Of a stretch of 59,701 nucleotides of DNA, positions 28,180-36,841 are shown one piece after another (the first letter of the stretch is position 1; each line of letters starts with the position of its first letter). Origin of the DNA: a virus (lineage: Duplodnaviria > Caudoviricetes); the IMG/VR virus record IMGVR_UViG_3300028592_000011, positions 1 to 59,701 of that record; one strand, 5' to 3'. Under the pieces are notes generated by a model that was not told the origin of the DNA, did not search any database, and saw only the letters and a program-made list of their open reading frames with translations. The translations under genes were made by a program, and so were the position numbers.

Positions 28180-28568
28180 TATTTACGCCCGCGTATCAGC
28201 GCCTGAGCGACGCCAAGAACGGGGACGCCAACGAGGGCAACGCCAACTAACGACGGACCGCCAAAGTAGCTGTTTATGACGGCCGCGAGGATTGCTGTGA
28301 CTCCGATAGCAGCTCCGAGCCACTGACCGCGCCAGTGAGACTTGATGTTGGCGTCCGTACTCGTTTGCTCAATCGCGAGCCGGTGAGATTGCTCTTGCTC
28401 TACCATGCGCAAGATACGATCACCGCCGCCCGGAATAATCCGGTCGAAATGCTCAAGCGCAGCTGGTGGAGGGAGTGGCCCAGACCACTCCATGGATACT
28501 TGTGTCTGCTTACGCTGCGGGACAGTGGGCTGCGGAGGCGGGGCCTTCACTTTTGCGGGGTGCTTCAC
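28179..28568 (-). CDS. DUF2335-like membrane protein
   Basis: SGPLPPP..L..F..I.PG..DRI..M.E.EQ.HR plus two TM segments. Confidence 0.8.
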   Translation of the reverse strand: MKHPAKVKAPPPQPTVPQRKQTQVSMEWSGPLPPPAALEHFDRIIPGGGDRILRMVEQEQSHRLAIEQTSTDANIKSHWRGQWLGAAIGVTAILAAVINSYFGGPSLVGVALVGVPVLGVAQALIRGRK

Positions 28569-28737
28569 GGCTGATTACCGCCCTGAAGTCACGGCCGATT
28601 CGTTCCCAGTCTGACCGCAGTGCATCAGTGGCAGAAGCGGAAAGCTCGGGTTCCACGCGTTCGCCGAAGATCTCGGCCGGACTACCGAGGCCTCGTAGAA
28701 GGCCGCGCCAGAAGGATTTGCGCATCGGTGTACCCAT
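28510..28737 (-). CDS. Small partner upstream of DUF2335 gene
   Basis: F..G..., DALRSDWERIG.DF; overlaps DUF2335 start. Confidence 0.55.
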   Translation of the reverse strand: MGTPMRKSFWRGLLRGLGSPAEIFGERVEPELSASATDALRSDWERIGRDFRAVISREAPRKSEGPASAAHCPAA

Positions 28738-28848
28738 GAAGTCACTATAACACCTGTGAGACGGCCCACAACCGGACATAGTTCCAGGTCTGGAGACGAC
28801 TCCGTCGGCGTATTCAGCCCTCCGTACTATCCCGCTCCCTCCTGATCA

Positions 28849-28956
28849 GAGAGTCCATTGAGAGGGGAGCGGCTCAACGCCGCACAACGGCCACTCCCGG
28901 TACCGTGCGAAGGTAACGCACCACGTCTATCCGTGGTCCCCTCCCAATGGACTCTC
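28849..28956 (-). ncRNA. Putative structured RNA (20-bp closing stem with 3-4 internal hairpins)
   Basis: 28849-28868 pairs with 28937-28956; the single mismatch is G.U on the minus strand. Confidence 0.6.
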
Positions 28957-29121
28957 CTACTCATCGCAGTTCAGAGGAGTGGCACCGGCCACCTCGGCGG
29001 ACTCGTCGGTCTCGCCCGCAATCAGGCAGTCGATGTGGGCTTCAACATAGTCGAGCTCGACAAGGCCTTTCTTGAAGTCGCCCAGGATGGCTCGAAGCGT
29101 CAACCGTTCTTCTCGTGTCAT
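28957..29121 (-). CDS. Hypothetical protein (54 aa, not in ORF track)
   Basis: MTREERLTLRAILGDFKKG...; GGAG RBS. Confidence 0.5.
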   Translation of the reverse strand: MTREERLTLRAILGDFKKGLVELDYVEAHIDCLIAGETDESAEVAGATPLNCDE

Positions 29122-29124
29122 GGC

Positions 29125-29379
29125 TCAGCTCCGTTCAGACTTATCCACCGGCTGCGGGTAGTGCGCCCACTCCTGGTCCGGGGCGGGATCGGCCGGCATG
29201 GGGGCGGGCGCCGGTGTCCTGCCCAGGTAGTGTACGGCAGCCATGAGCCCGAAGATCAGGGCGGCGAACAGCAAGGATGCCGCAATCAGCCAGCCGGTCT
29301 CGGACGGGATCGGCGGGTGAGTGTCGGTTGGGCGCTCGGTTTGAACGCTGGTGTAGCGAAGTGAAGATCCGTCGTCCAT
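29125..29379 (-). CDS. Small membrane protein
   Basis: One TM segment (WLIAASLLFAALIFGLMAAV); GGAGG RBS. Confidence 0.5.
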   Translation of the reverse strand: MDDGSSLRYTSVQTERPTDTHPPIPSETGWLIAASLLFAALIFGLMAAVHYLGRTPAPAPMPADPAPDQEWAHYPQPVDKSERS

Positions 29380-29429
29380 TTCGTCCTCCGAAATACAGTT
29401 GCAACTCATTGTTTCTACGTGCGCCAATC

Positions 29430-29633
29430 ACGCCTATTTGGGCCATTAAAACAATGGCGCCGAAGTAGGCTAAAATCAGGAGAAATCCCTTTACGATCAG
29501 GTGATTAACATGGCGCCGATTCGAGTTCTTTTTTGTTGCATGGGGAGCACACGGCGCATCTAAAGTCACCTGGAAAATCAAAGCGTTAGAGGGTTGCTCT
29601 CCGATTCTCTCCGATTCCCCTCCGTTATACAGG
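29430..29633. other. Probable attP region
   Basis: AT-richer gap right after the int stop; tandem CTCTCCGATT repeats (arm-site-like); ATGGCGCCGA twice; core not identified. Confidence 0.5.
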
Positions 29634-30716
29634 TCACTTTTTAACATTGATTTTCACCCACTCACCGCGGCCATCAACGTAGGTCGCAGTGGACTTCGGG
29701 TCCTTGTGACTGAGCAAGTCTTGAGGGTCCACATCGCCCTGCTCCTTGTGCAGTCGGGCCGCCAATGACCGAATCTCGTGGAAGGTTGGCGGCGCCTTGT
29801 CAGCCCAGTCGATGCCCAGCTTCGCGAGCTCGGCGGAGAATACCCGAGTGATCATGTCCACGTGCAATGGCTTGCCGATCGTGGCGCCCTTGACTCGCTG
29901 GGTCTGGTGTACGAGGTAGATACTCACGATGCCAGTCTTGCGGCACTGGCTGACGACATCCTCGAGACTCATGCCAAAGACGTTCAGGCGTAGATGCATC
30001 GGCAGGAAGAAGCGTGCGCCTGTTTTGGTTCGCTCGCACCACCAGCCACCATCGCGGAAGTCTGTGAATTTCGCATTCCGAACGCTATCCCGGTCTTTGC
30101 CAGCCACAAGCGCGAGGGCGATGGCATTGCGTAGCCATACGATCTCGGTGGTTTTGTAGAGCCTCATAAGCACGTCCAGCGTGAGCCTGGAGCGCTTCAC
30201 CTTGACCTTGACCTCATCCAGCACCCGCGCCGGGTTGTCCTTGCGCCAGCCCTTGGCGATCATCCTGTCGAAGCAGTCGACCAAGAATGACCGGAATGCC
30301 TGAGCAGTGCGGGCTTTGCCTTCCGAGGTGATCTGGTCAATCACCTTGGCACAGTCCTGCGTGCTGATGCGCGAGGCGGCCAGATCAGCCTCGAAGCACC
30401 GACGTAGGCGGTTCAGCTGGCTCTTGCGGGTGCGTCGCGTATTCGGCCTGGAGTCGCGCTCCTCCAGGATCTTCTCGAAGATGTCGCACCACTCGCCCCA
30501 AGTGTTAGCTGCTCCGGTGATGCGCTCGAGCAGGCTAGGGCGCTTCGATGCGAGGTACACCTCTGCGGCGAGAACTTCCTGGATGGCCTTCGTCCGATCG
30601 CGGCCGAGCCCATGCTCGACGCCAGTCTCGGGGTTCGTCCACGAGTAGTAGCCATCGCGCACTCGCATACCAGGCCGAAGGGAACGATTGATCGCTTTAC
30701 GCTGCCTTGGAGCCAT
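29634..30716 (-). CDS. int: Lambda-type tyrosine integrase
   Basis: Arm-binding N-domain (GYY.W..P.TG...GLGRDR..AI), KTG, FHEIRSL, LLSHK, Tyr in TATYVDGRG. Confidence 0.93.
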   Translation of the reverse strand: MAPRQRKAINRSLRPGMRVRDGYYSWTNPETGVEHGLGRDRTKAIQEVLAAEVYLASKRPSLLERITGAANTWGEWCDIFEKILEERDSRPNTRRTRKSQLNRLRRCFEADLAASRISTQDCAKVIDQITSEGKARTAQAFRSFLVDCFDRMIAKGWRKDNPARVLDEVKVKVKRSRLTLDVLMRLYKTTEIVWLRNAIALALVAGKDRDSVRNAKFTDFRDGGWWCERTKTGARFFLPMHLRLNVFGMSLEDVVSQCRKTGIVSIYLVHQTQRVKGATIGKPLHVDMITRVFSAELAKLGIDWADKAPPTFHEIRSLAARLHKEQGDVDPQDLLSHKDPKSTATYVDGRGEWVKINVKK

Positions 30717-30906
30717 AGAAACCAGCTGCCTTCGATGGGTCGCGACCGATGAAGACCGCGCTCGGATCAACATAGTACGGCTTCCCGACGCGCTCAGGAG
30801 CTGGGAAAATCCACCCGTCGCGGGCCCAGCGCTGCAGCGTCTTGATGTTGGGCACCGGATCGAACCGAGCAGCTGCCCATGCCTGCAATGTGATCTTCTT
30901 GCTCAT
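30697..30906 (-). CDS. xis: Excisionase (lambda Xis-like)
   Basis: ITL..W......P...TL.RW...G.I.P.P...G..Y; overlaps int start. Confidence 0.88.
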   Translation of the reverse strand: MSKKITLQAWAAARFDPVPNIKTLQRWARDGWIFPAPERVGKPYYVDPSAVFIGRDPSKAAGFYGSKAA

Positions 30907-31001
30907 TGTGAATACGTTTCGACATCAATCCCCCTTTATGACGTGCCGCCCGATCTGGTTGCCGGGCTGGCGGTTAGTAGAACTTCCTAGGTCGGAGCGG
31001 G

Positions 31002-31238
31002 CTACTTAGCCCGCCCGACTTTCACGCGACCGGTGATTGGGGTAACGACCTTGCTCGACGACGCAAACGTCGTTGACGTGGATAGCTTGCCAACCTCGCG
31101 CAGTTCGTACACTGCAGCTTCGATTGTTCCGTTATCGCTCTCGGCAAGATCTGCCCAGTCGGTGTCGGCAACGTAATAAGTCTCGCTTCCATCTTGCTGC
31201 TTCTTCACATATAGCTTCTGGGGAAATTTCATCATCAT
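31002..31238 (-). CDS. Hypothetical protein
   Basis: AGGAG RBS; early-left orientation. Confidence 0.6.
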   Translation of the reverse strand: MMMKFPQKLYVKKQQDGSETYYVADTDWADLAESDNGTIEAAVYELREVGKLSTSTTFASSSKVVTPITGRVKVGRAK

Positions 31239-31273
31239 CTCCTGTGGTTAAAAAAGGTCCAAGGTTGCAATTC

Positions 31274-31471
31274 TCAGCTGATCACATAGCTGTTAAAAAA
31301 GACGCGAGACGGGCTGCCGCCGACCGGCTTGGCATACGACGGAGTCACCCATGACTCCTCATTGTCGGTGGCCAGCTGGGTCCAGCGATCGAAATCTGCC
31401 TCGCGTGATTTCGGGATGACGAACCAGTCGCCATCGTTGGACGCGAGAATGAATGGGCCTTGTTCTGTCAT
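31274..31471 (-). CDS. Hypothetical protein
   Basis: MTEQGPFILASNDGDWFVIP...; GGAG RBS. Confidence 0.55.
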   Translation of the reverse strand: MTEQGPFILASNDGDWFVIPKSREADFDRWTQLATDNEESWVTPSYAKPVGGSPSRVFFNSYVIS

Positions 31472-31610
31472 GGTCAACTCCGTCACTCGGAACGGGTCGC
31501 GAGACCCATCCACATCAAAACCATTGATGCTGTGAAATGGCCGTCCATTTCGTAAATGAGCGCGAATATGAACAGGCATGCCGCGCCACAGAGAAGTGTT
31601 GTGCGGTTCA

Positions 31611-31799
31611 TCACGGAGCTGATTCCTTGCCCTTCGCTGACTGATGCTTCTGGATTGCCTTCTCCAGTCGAGCGTTCACGCGATCGCGCTCGGCATCGCT
31701 GAGAAATCCATGCAGGTAGAGCATGCTCCGGCACTGCTGGAGACGTTCGAGCATGTTGGTCGCCGGCCACGGCACAACTTCGGCATTTAGCTTGATCAT
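31611..31799 (-). CDS. Hypothetical protein
   Basis: Operon context. Confidence 0.5.
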   Translation of the reverse strand: MIKLNAEVVPWPATNMLERLQQCRSMLYLHGFLSDAERDRVNARLEKAIQKHQSAKGKESAP

Positions 31800-31803
31800 C
31801 TCG

Positions 31804-32178
31804 TCATCGCTCCATTAGTTCGCTGAGCTTGACCCAGCCGAGTTCTTCAGCGCCGGGCACCATTGGCCCCTCATAGCCGATCAACAAGAATGTGTCTTTG
31901 CTGATCCGCTCGGCGCGTTCGGTGTCCTCTGGCGGCACGTGTGGCAGCCAGAACGCGACGGCCTTCTGCAACTGCTCGACCAGTTGCTCCAGCTCGGCGA
32001 TGCGAGCGCCCAGCTTGGTCACCGACTCCGACAGCGCCAGGTTGTCGTCGTCGTACTCTTTGAACTTAGCGTCGGCATCGGCGGCGAGGTACCATTCGCC
32101 GTCGTCACGCTGTAGTCGCCTGATGTATGGCAAGCGATCCAAGCCTTGGAAACCTAGAATGATGGAGTACTTCTGCAT
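31804..32178 (-). CDS. Ead/Ea22-like coiled-coil protein
   Basis: DGEW...AD motif, ARIAELE coiled coil. Confidence 0.5.
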   Translation of the reverse strand: MQKYSIILGFQGLDRLPYIRRLQRDDGEWYLAADADAKFKEYDDDNLALSESVTKLGARIAELEQLVEQLQKAVAFWLPHVPPEDTERAERISKDTFLLIGYEGPMVPGAEELGWVKLSELMER

Positions 32179-32611
32179 ACTCAGGGCCTCAACTTGTAGC
32201 TGGTCATCGACGCTGCGAAGCTCGCATATCGGTGAACACGCCTGGCACATCCTCTCGGTATGCCCAGTTGGACACCTGCTGCTTGCTGATGGGATGAAAC
32301 GCTCGGCAGCACCGATCACAGAAGAGATGCACCGGCGGACGCTTGTAGACGATCGGCTTGCGACCGCAGCAGCGGCCTTTTTCATCAAGGGTGCTCACTG
32401 GTCCGCTCCGGTTCTCATCCTTCGACGGGCTCGGAATCAGCCTTCTCCCACGCGGAGAGAACGGCCTTTGAGATGGCGATTTCGGCAACACTCATGAGGT
32501 CGCGAGTTCGCGCGTCTGAGAGCAGCACGTCACCGTACGATTCTTTGATCGAAGCCTGGATGTTGATTAGCTTGCCAGCGAGTCGCATCGTCTTGTCTCG
32601 ATTCTCTTTCG

Positions 32612-33025
32612 TCACAGACTTTCTCTCCGGTTCGCTGTTGAGCCTGTCCGCTGGAATGCGCAGGCAGGGCAATCTGGCGTGCACATTTGCAGTCCCTTGT
32701 GAGGTTCGAACGTGTGATGGAGCGCCAGTGGTGCCGGCGCATCCCCAGGGCACGTTTCCAATCCGAGGCGCTGTCGTAAATCGGCCAGTGCGCCTTCGGC
32801 GGTAGGCTCAGGGCGCGTTTCCTGAGCGGCTCCGCGACCTTCGATGACATGCGTTAGCCGAACCTTCGTGACGGTCTTGTAGCCTTGGCTTTCCCAATGC
32901 GGCACGCCATGGACGCGGATGATGTTGAACGCGCCGTACTGGTCTTCCATGATGTCGACGGACTCCCACAAATCCTTTGCGTACTTGAGCGCTAGATCGA
33001 ACTGATCGCGATTGAAGTCACCCAT
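32612..33025 (-). CDS. Modular hypothetical protein
   Basis: GGAG RBS; C..CPAC near C-terminus. Confidence 0.5.
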   Translation of the reverse strand: MGDFNRDQFDLALKYAKDLWESVDIMEDQYGAFNIIRVHGVPHWESQGYKTVTKVRLTHVIEGRGAAQETRPEPTAEGALADLRQRLGLETCPGDAPAPLALHHTFEPHKGLQMCTPDCPACAFQRTGSTANRRESL

Positions 33026-33187
33026 GGCCCGATCCCTCTCCCTCCGGTGAGTAGCCGCGCGTGTTGTCACACTCCCCGGGATCGTGCTCCGGCACGATGC
33101 TGGAGGGGTGATTGCCATGCACCGGGCATCGCGGGTTCAGGCCGCAATCGTCATGACATCGGCAGGCTTCTGGGAAGGCTTGCATGG

Positions 33188-34201
33188 CTACTCACCCGCC
33201 TTCGTTTCGGATGACGTGGCCACCTCGATGAAGGCGACGAGGTGGTGAGTGCGACCGAGGTAAGGCCAGAGCCAGCGTCGTTCAGCGCCCGGCTCCGGAT
33301 CAAAGTCAAGCGACTGTCCTGGCGGCACTAGGACGGCTTTGTACGAAGCGGCGTGCAGGCTCACGCGATCTTCGACGTCGTGGTGCTCAAGGAGGGCAAT
33401 GTGAGTCACCGCTGGCGGTTGCGATGCTCGCTCTTCCCGCAGCGTGTGCAGGTCAACGAATTCCTCGTTTGTCACGATGTTAATCGGCCACGGCTCGCCG
33501 CCTTCAATCCAGGCGCCCTCATCGTGGTCGTAGCGCTCAGAGCGCAACGTCCGCTCGTTGTCATCATCTGGGACCGGCATGGTGTAGCTGTCGTACGGCC
33601 CGCCATACGTGGGCACGCGGCCAAGCTCGGGATGCTCCAGGTGCATGAAGTAGGGCAGCTTCGTGAACGGGCAACGCGTACCCTCGAATGCCGGATCGAC
33701 GCAAAGAGCAGGAGCCGGTTCGTGAGCGGAACTACAGCCGCAAGTCGGGCAGTGCGGCGGCTCTCGCGTCGTGCCGGTCGGGTCGGGGTGGCAGGGCGGT
33801 TCGTTAGAAGCTCTAAGGCGCAACACCTCGGTTTCAAGCCAGTGCTCATAGCCGAGGTTTGGTGCCTGACGCCACTCGTTGTATAGCGAGTCTCGGGCCT
33901 GTTGCTCGGTGACGGCACGGGCCGAGCCTCCGTGTGACGTATCCTGTGCCGACGCAGGCTTGCCTACGATCTCTGTAACAGGGGCGGTGGAGCACTTCTG
34001 GCAGGCCCCGCTGTCGCAATCGCATTTCTTCGTCCGTAACCGCTCGATCTCATTCGCCGCTTCGGCGAGGGTGTCAGCGAGAACTGAAAACATCTGCCCG
34101 ATTTCTCCGTCGCCGTGGCGATCGGCGCTTCGGGCGCACGCGGCCGAGCCGTCACGCAAACGCGGCAACAACTCTTTCGATGTCCGAGTGATGTCGTTCA
34201 T
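33188..34201 (-). CDS. Modular (Ead/Ea22-like) hypothetical protein
   Basis: AA.EIERLR, several Cys pairs, VPTYGGPYDSYT module. Confidence 0.65.
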   Translation of the reverse strand: MNDITRTSKELLPRLRDGSAACARSADRHGDGEIGQMFSVLADTLAEAANEIERLRTKKCDCDSGACQKCSTAPVTEIVGKPASAQDTSHGGSARAVTEQQARDSLYNEWRQAPNLGYEHWLETEVLRLRASNEPPCHPDPTGTTREPPHCPTCGCSSAHEPAPALCVDPAFEGTRCPFTKLPYFMHLEHPELGRVPTYGGPYDSYTMPVPDDDNERTLRSERYDHDEGAWIEGGEPWPINIVTNEEFVDLHTLREERASQPPAVTHIALLEHHDVEDRVSLHAASYKAVLVPPGQSLDFDPEPGAERRWLWPYLGRTHHLVAFIEVATSSETKAGE

Positions 34202-34386
34202 CGGAGTCCAAGCTCCTTTTCCATGCTGTGCAGGCGAGAGCGCTCAGCGTTGTAGGTCGCCCAGTCCTTGCACTGGTCGCTGTGCCAGCAGGCGCCCTTC
34301 TCGCGCTTCTCCGCACGAACGCTCGCGGCCAGCCTGTCCACTTTCGAGCGGAGTTCGGTTAACTCGGTCGTCATCGTATTTGTCAT
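34198..34386 (-). CDS. Hypothetical protein
   Basis: ATGA-coupled on both sides. Confidence 0.5.
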   Translation of the reverse strand: MTNTMTTELTELRSKVDRLAASVRAEKREKGACWHSDQCKDWATYNAERSRLHSMEKELGLR

Positions 34387-34676
34387 GACTGCAATTTCTC
34401 CCGGATCAGCGCCAAACCTTCCTCTTCCTCTCGGTCGATGGCTATCCAGTCGGTGAGATGGGCGCCAAGCTGATCCGAAAGATCGGCGTGCCGTTTGAGC
34501 AGCCCGACATGCCACTCGAACGCCGCCCGCCATGCCAGTGCGAGCGCGTCGTAACGACGTTCGGCATACAACTCGTCCGTCGAGTCGGCTTTGAGCTTGC
34601 GCTCGTAGTGCGCTATTCGATTCTTCAGTTCGCCGATGCTCAAGGTGTCTTTGGGGAGCGGGGTAGGGTTGCTCAT
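34383..34676 (-). CDS. Hypothetical protein
   Basis: ATGA-coupled. Confidence 0.55.
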   Translation of the reverse strand: MSNPTPLPKDTLSIGELKNRIAHYERKLKADSTDELYAERRYDALALAWRAAFEWHVGLLKRHADLSDQLGAHLTDWIAIDREEEEGLALIREKLQS

Positions 34677-34984
34677 CGGTCGCTCCTCGCCATGGCGGTG
34701 TCTGCGAGTCGATCGCACTTAGCTTCCAACTGCGTGATCCGTTTTCGCTGCGCCTCGGCCTTCTGACAAAGGGCCTTCATGACCGCTGCCGAGTCGGCTC
34801 CTTCGTCGGATACCTCTGCGATGCGCAGTACCTCCGAGTGAGGCATCTGAAGCTGTTCGATGCGCTCGATCAGCATCAGCAGCTCGGTCGCCTTGACCGG
34901 AATCCAAGGCTCGCGTGCGTTCTGCTCGGCGTAGCGACGCAGCCTGCTCAGGAGGTCCGAGGTTCGCTGAGTAGCGTCGCTCAT
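34673..34984 (-). CDS. Ead/Ea22-like coiled-coil protein
   Basis: LL.LIERIE.L and RI..LE motifs. Confidence 0.55.
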   Translation of the reverse strand: MSDATQRTSDLLSRLRRYAEQNAREPWIPVKATELLMLIERIEQLQMPHSEVLRIAEVSDEGADSAAVMKALCQKAEAQRKRITQLEAKCDRLADTAMARSDR

Positions 34985-35193
34985 TGTTCCTCCGGGTATA
35001 CGGCCTTCATGCCCGCCTTGGCGACGAGGTACTTGTACGTTTCCTCGCGCATCACGACCAGGATGGTTCCTTCCTGCAGCGTCATGCGCTTGGCCTGCAT
35101 AGGCTCCAGCGAGCGCAGGCCTTGATAGGTTTCCTCGCTCATGAACCCTATCGGGTCAGAAGTGCGCTGAGTATCAGAAGGGGATGTCATCAC
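34981..35193 (-). CDS. Hypothetical protein
   Basis: AGGAG RBS; coupled to next gene. Confidence 0.55.
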   Translation of the reverse strand: MMTSPSDTQRTSDPIGFMSEETYQGLRSLEPMQAKRMTLQEGTILVVMREETYKYLVAKAGMKAVYPEEQ

Positions 35194-35367
35194 ATTCTCC
35201 TTGGTGACCGCGTCGCGAGTGGCAATAGATTTCTCGCTGCTTGCTATTGCCGCACGGTAGGTAGTGACAGCTGTAAGGCGGGCTGTAGCCAGCCTTGAGC
35301 AGTTTTCGGTAGTGCGAGCACGACATCCCTGGCGGACGATTCCACCTGAGAATCCAGTCTGTGCGCC

Positions 35368-35709
35368 TCATGGCAGTCTCCGGATGTATTCGAGCGCGGC
35401 GGCGCGGATGGCGAGTGGCGCTGTCGATGCTTTGTTCACTGGAGGGCCAAGCGATTCGATATCGCAGTACCAGTGCGCCTCGTAGCGGCCGAAGTTACCA
35501 ACCTCGACGCCGAGTACTCGCTTGTTCAGCGCATCCAGAATCAGCCCGGCGTCGGCCCAGGTGGTGAAAGAGGGCGTGCGAACGGTTCCTGCATGCTCTT
35601 GGCTGGGGAACCAATAGCCAACAATGCTTGACCGCTTCCAGCCGAGCAGTTTTTCACAGATGGCTTCGTTCTCGATGCCCAGCTCGTCGGGTGTGCGATG
35701 AGCAGTCAT
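35368..35709 (-). CDS. Phage ABA-sandwich/BC1872-like protein
   Basis: EKLLGW, P.FTT..DA, TAPLAI..AAL. Confidence 0.55.
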   Translation of the reverse strand: MTAHRTPDELGIENEAICEKLLGWKRSSIVGYWFPSQEHAGTVRTPSFTTWADAGLILDALNKRVLGVEVGNFGRYEAHWYCDIESLGPPVNKASTAPLAIRAAALEYIRRLP

Positions 35710-35891
35710 TCTTGTGTCTCCAGTACGAGCTCGCCGGCCTTCGCTATGGGCTTGCCGTAGGGTTCGCCGATGCACGTGTGCGGCATCCCGTCGAACTCGA
35801 TAAAGCGCTTCTTCTCTTCTGCCACCCATACGCCGCACTTCACGCAGCAGATGTTCAGCAGGACCTTGAAGCGGGATAGGTGGCCGATCAT
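35706..35891 (-). CDS. Small Cys/His protein
   Basis: C..CG and H.C; coupled. Confidence 0.45.
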   Translation of the reverse strand: MIGHLSRFKVLLNICCVKCGVWVAEEKKRFIEFDGMPHTCIGEPYGKPIAKAGELVLETQE

Positions 35892-36196
35892 GCTGCCCCC
35901 ACAATGATGATCTCGTTTTTCCACAACCATTCGAGCCACTGGTTCTGGGCTCTGTAGCTTTCGGCCTGCAACTGCTCTTGCGAGTAGATCGATTGCTTGA
36001 ACCGACCATCGATCACTGCATGGCACATATCGCATCCCGGGGCCGCGCAGATATCTGGTGGCTTGAGGGAAGTGCCGCCCGTACCGCCGACTCGGAAGTG
36101 GCAGAGCACGGTGTACTGCGGATCGCGCCGACAGAATTCCGGCAGCCGGAAGTAGCACGGCTTTCGCTCGGCCAGCTTGCGAAGATCACGCGGCAC
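35888..36196 (-). CDS. DUF1364/YbcO-like nuclease-domain protein
   Basis: C..RLP..C......VLCH.R.....G...KP.D......C..CH..ID. Confidence 0.8.
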   Translation of the reverse strand: MPRDLRKLAERKPCYFRLPEFCRRDPQYTVLCHFRVGGTGGTSLKPPDICAAPGCDMCHAVIDGRFKQSIYSQEQLQAESYRAQNQWLEWLWKNEIIIVGAA

Positions 36197-36638
36197 GGGC
36201 TTCGCGCTCCTCTTTGATCTGATGCCACATCGGATCAGGATCGGGCACCCAGCAGCCGATCTCCGCTCCCTTCTGCTGAACGAATTCGTAGAACGCATTG
36301 AACTCGACGGTGGACAGCTTGTTCTTAGCGCCGTTCTCGTCCGTAGTGGTCGTGCGTCGAGGGCGGGTGATGATCTCTCCGAAGATCTCACGCTCCACCG
36401 TGCCGAAGTAGGCACGCAGGAACACGTCATGCAGCTCCGGCGCGGTGTAGCCAGTGAACTCGCTCAGTGCTTTGTACGCGACGCCAAACAGCGCATTGTT
36501 CTGCGGATCGCTGCGCTCCTTCTTCACGCGAGCGATCGTGATCTTCCACGCGACATCCTTGGCGAGCGCAGACAGGACAGCGACGATTCGCGTCAAGCTG
36601 CGCTCGCCTGGTTGCAGGGTGAAGGTCTGGTCTTTCAT
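36186..36638 (-). CDS. NinB/Orf-family recombination protein
   Basis: KERS..QN motif, T..LS..EF..F.E.V. Confidence 0.7.
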   Translation of the reverse strand: MKDQTFTLQPGERSLTRIVAVLSALAKDVAWKITIARVKKERSDPQNNALFGVAYKALSEFTGYTAPELHDVFLRAYFGTVEREIFGEIITRPRRTTTTDENGAKNKLSTVEFNAFYEFVQQKGAEIGCWVPDPDPMWHQIKEEREARAA

Positions 36639-36841
36639 GCGCGCCTCGTCACCACAAGGTCGGACATCGGGTCACGGCTGTTGATTCGTCGAACACTCAG
36701 AACGATGCCGTGCGGGGCAACTCGCCTATAGATGTCGAATCGCAGACGCTTCGGTGGATTCTCGATGGTCACGCTACGGCCCACCGGCATCGTGTAGATG
36801 GGCCACTTGCGGTTGTGGGGGATGCGGGCGGTAAGTCTCAT
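36635..36841 (-). CDS. Hypothetical protein
   Basis: KWP...M.VG.S pattern; coupled. Confidence 0.5.
   Translation of the reverse strand: MRLTARIPHNRKWPIYTMPVGRSVTIENPPKRLRFDIYRRVAPHGIVLSVRRINSRDPMSDLVVTRRA

Noticed and set aside
29505-29550. tRNA-like attP core
   Set aside because: TGGCGCCGATTCGA and TGCATGGGG resemble tRNA fragments only loosely; no integration target can be assigned
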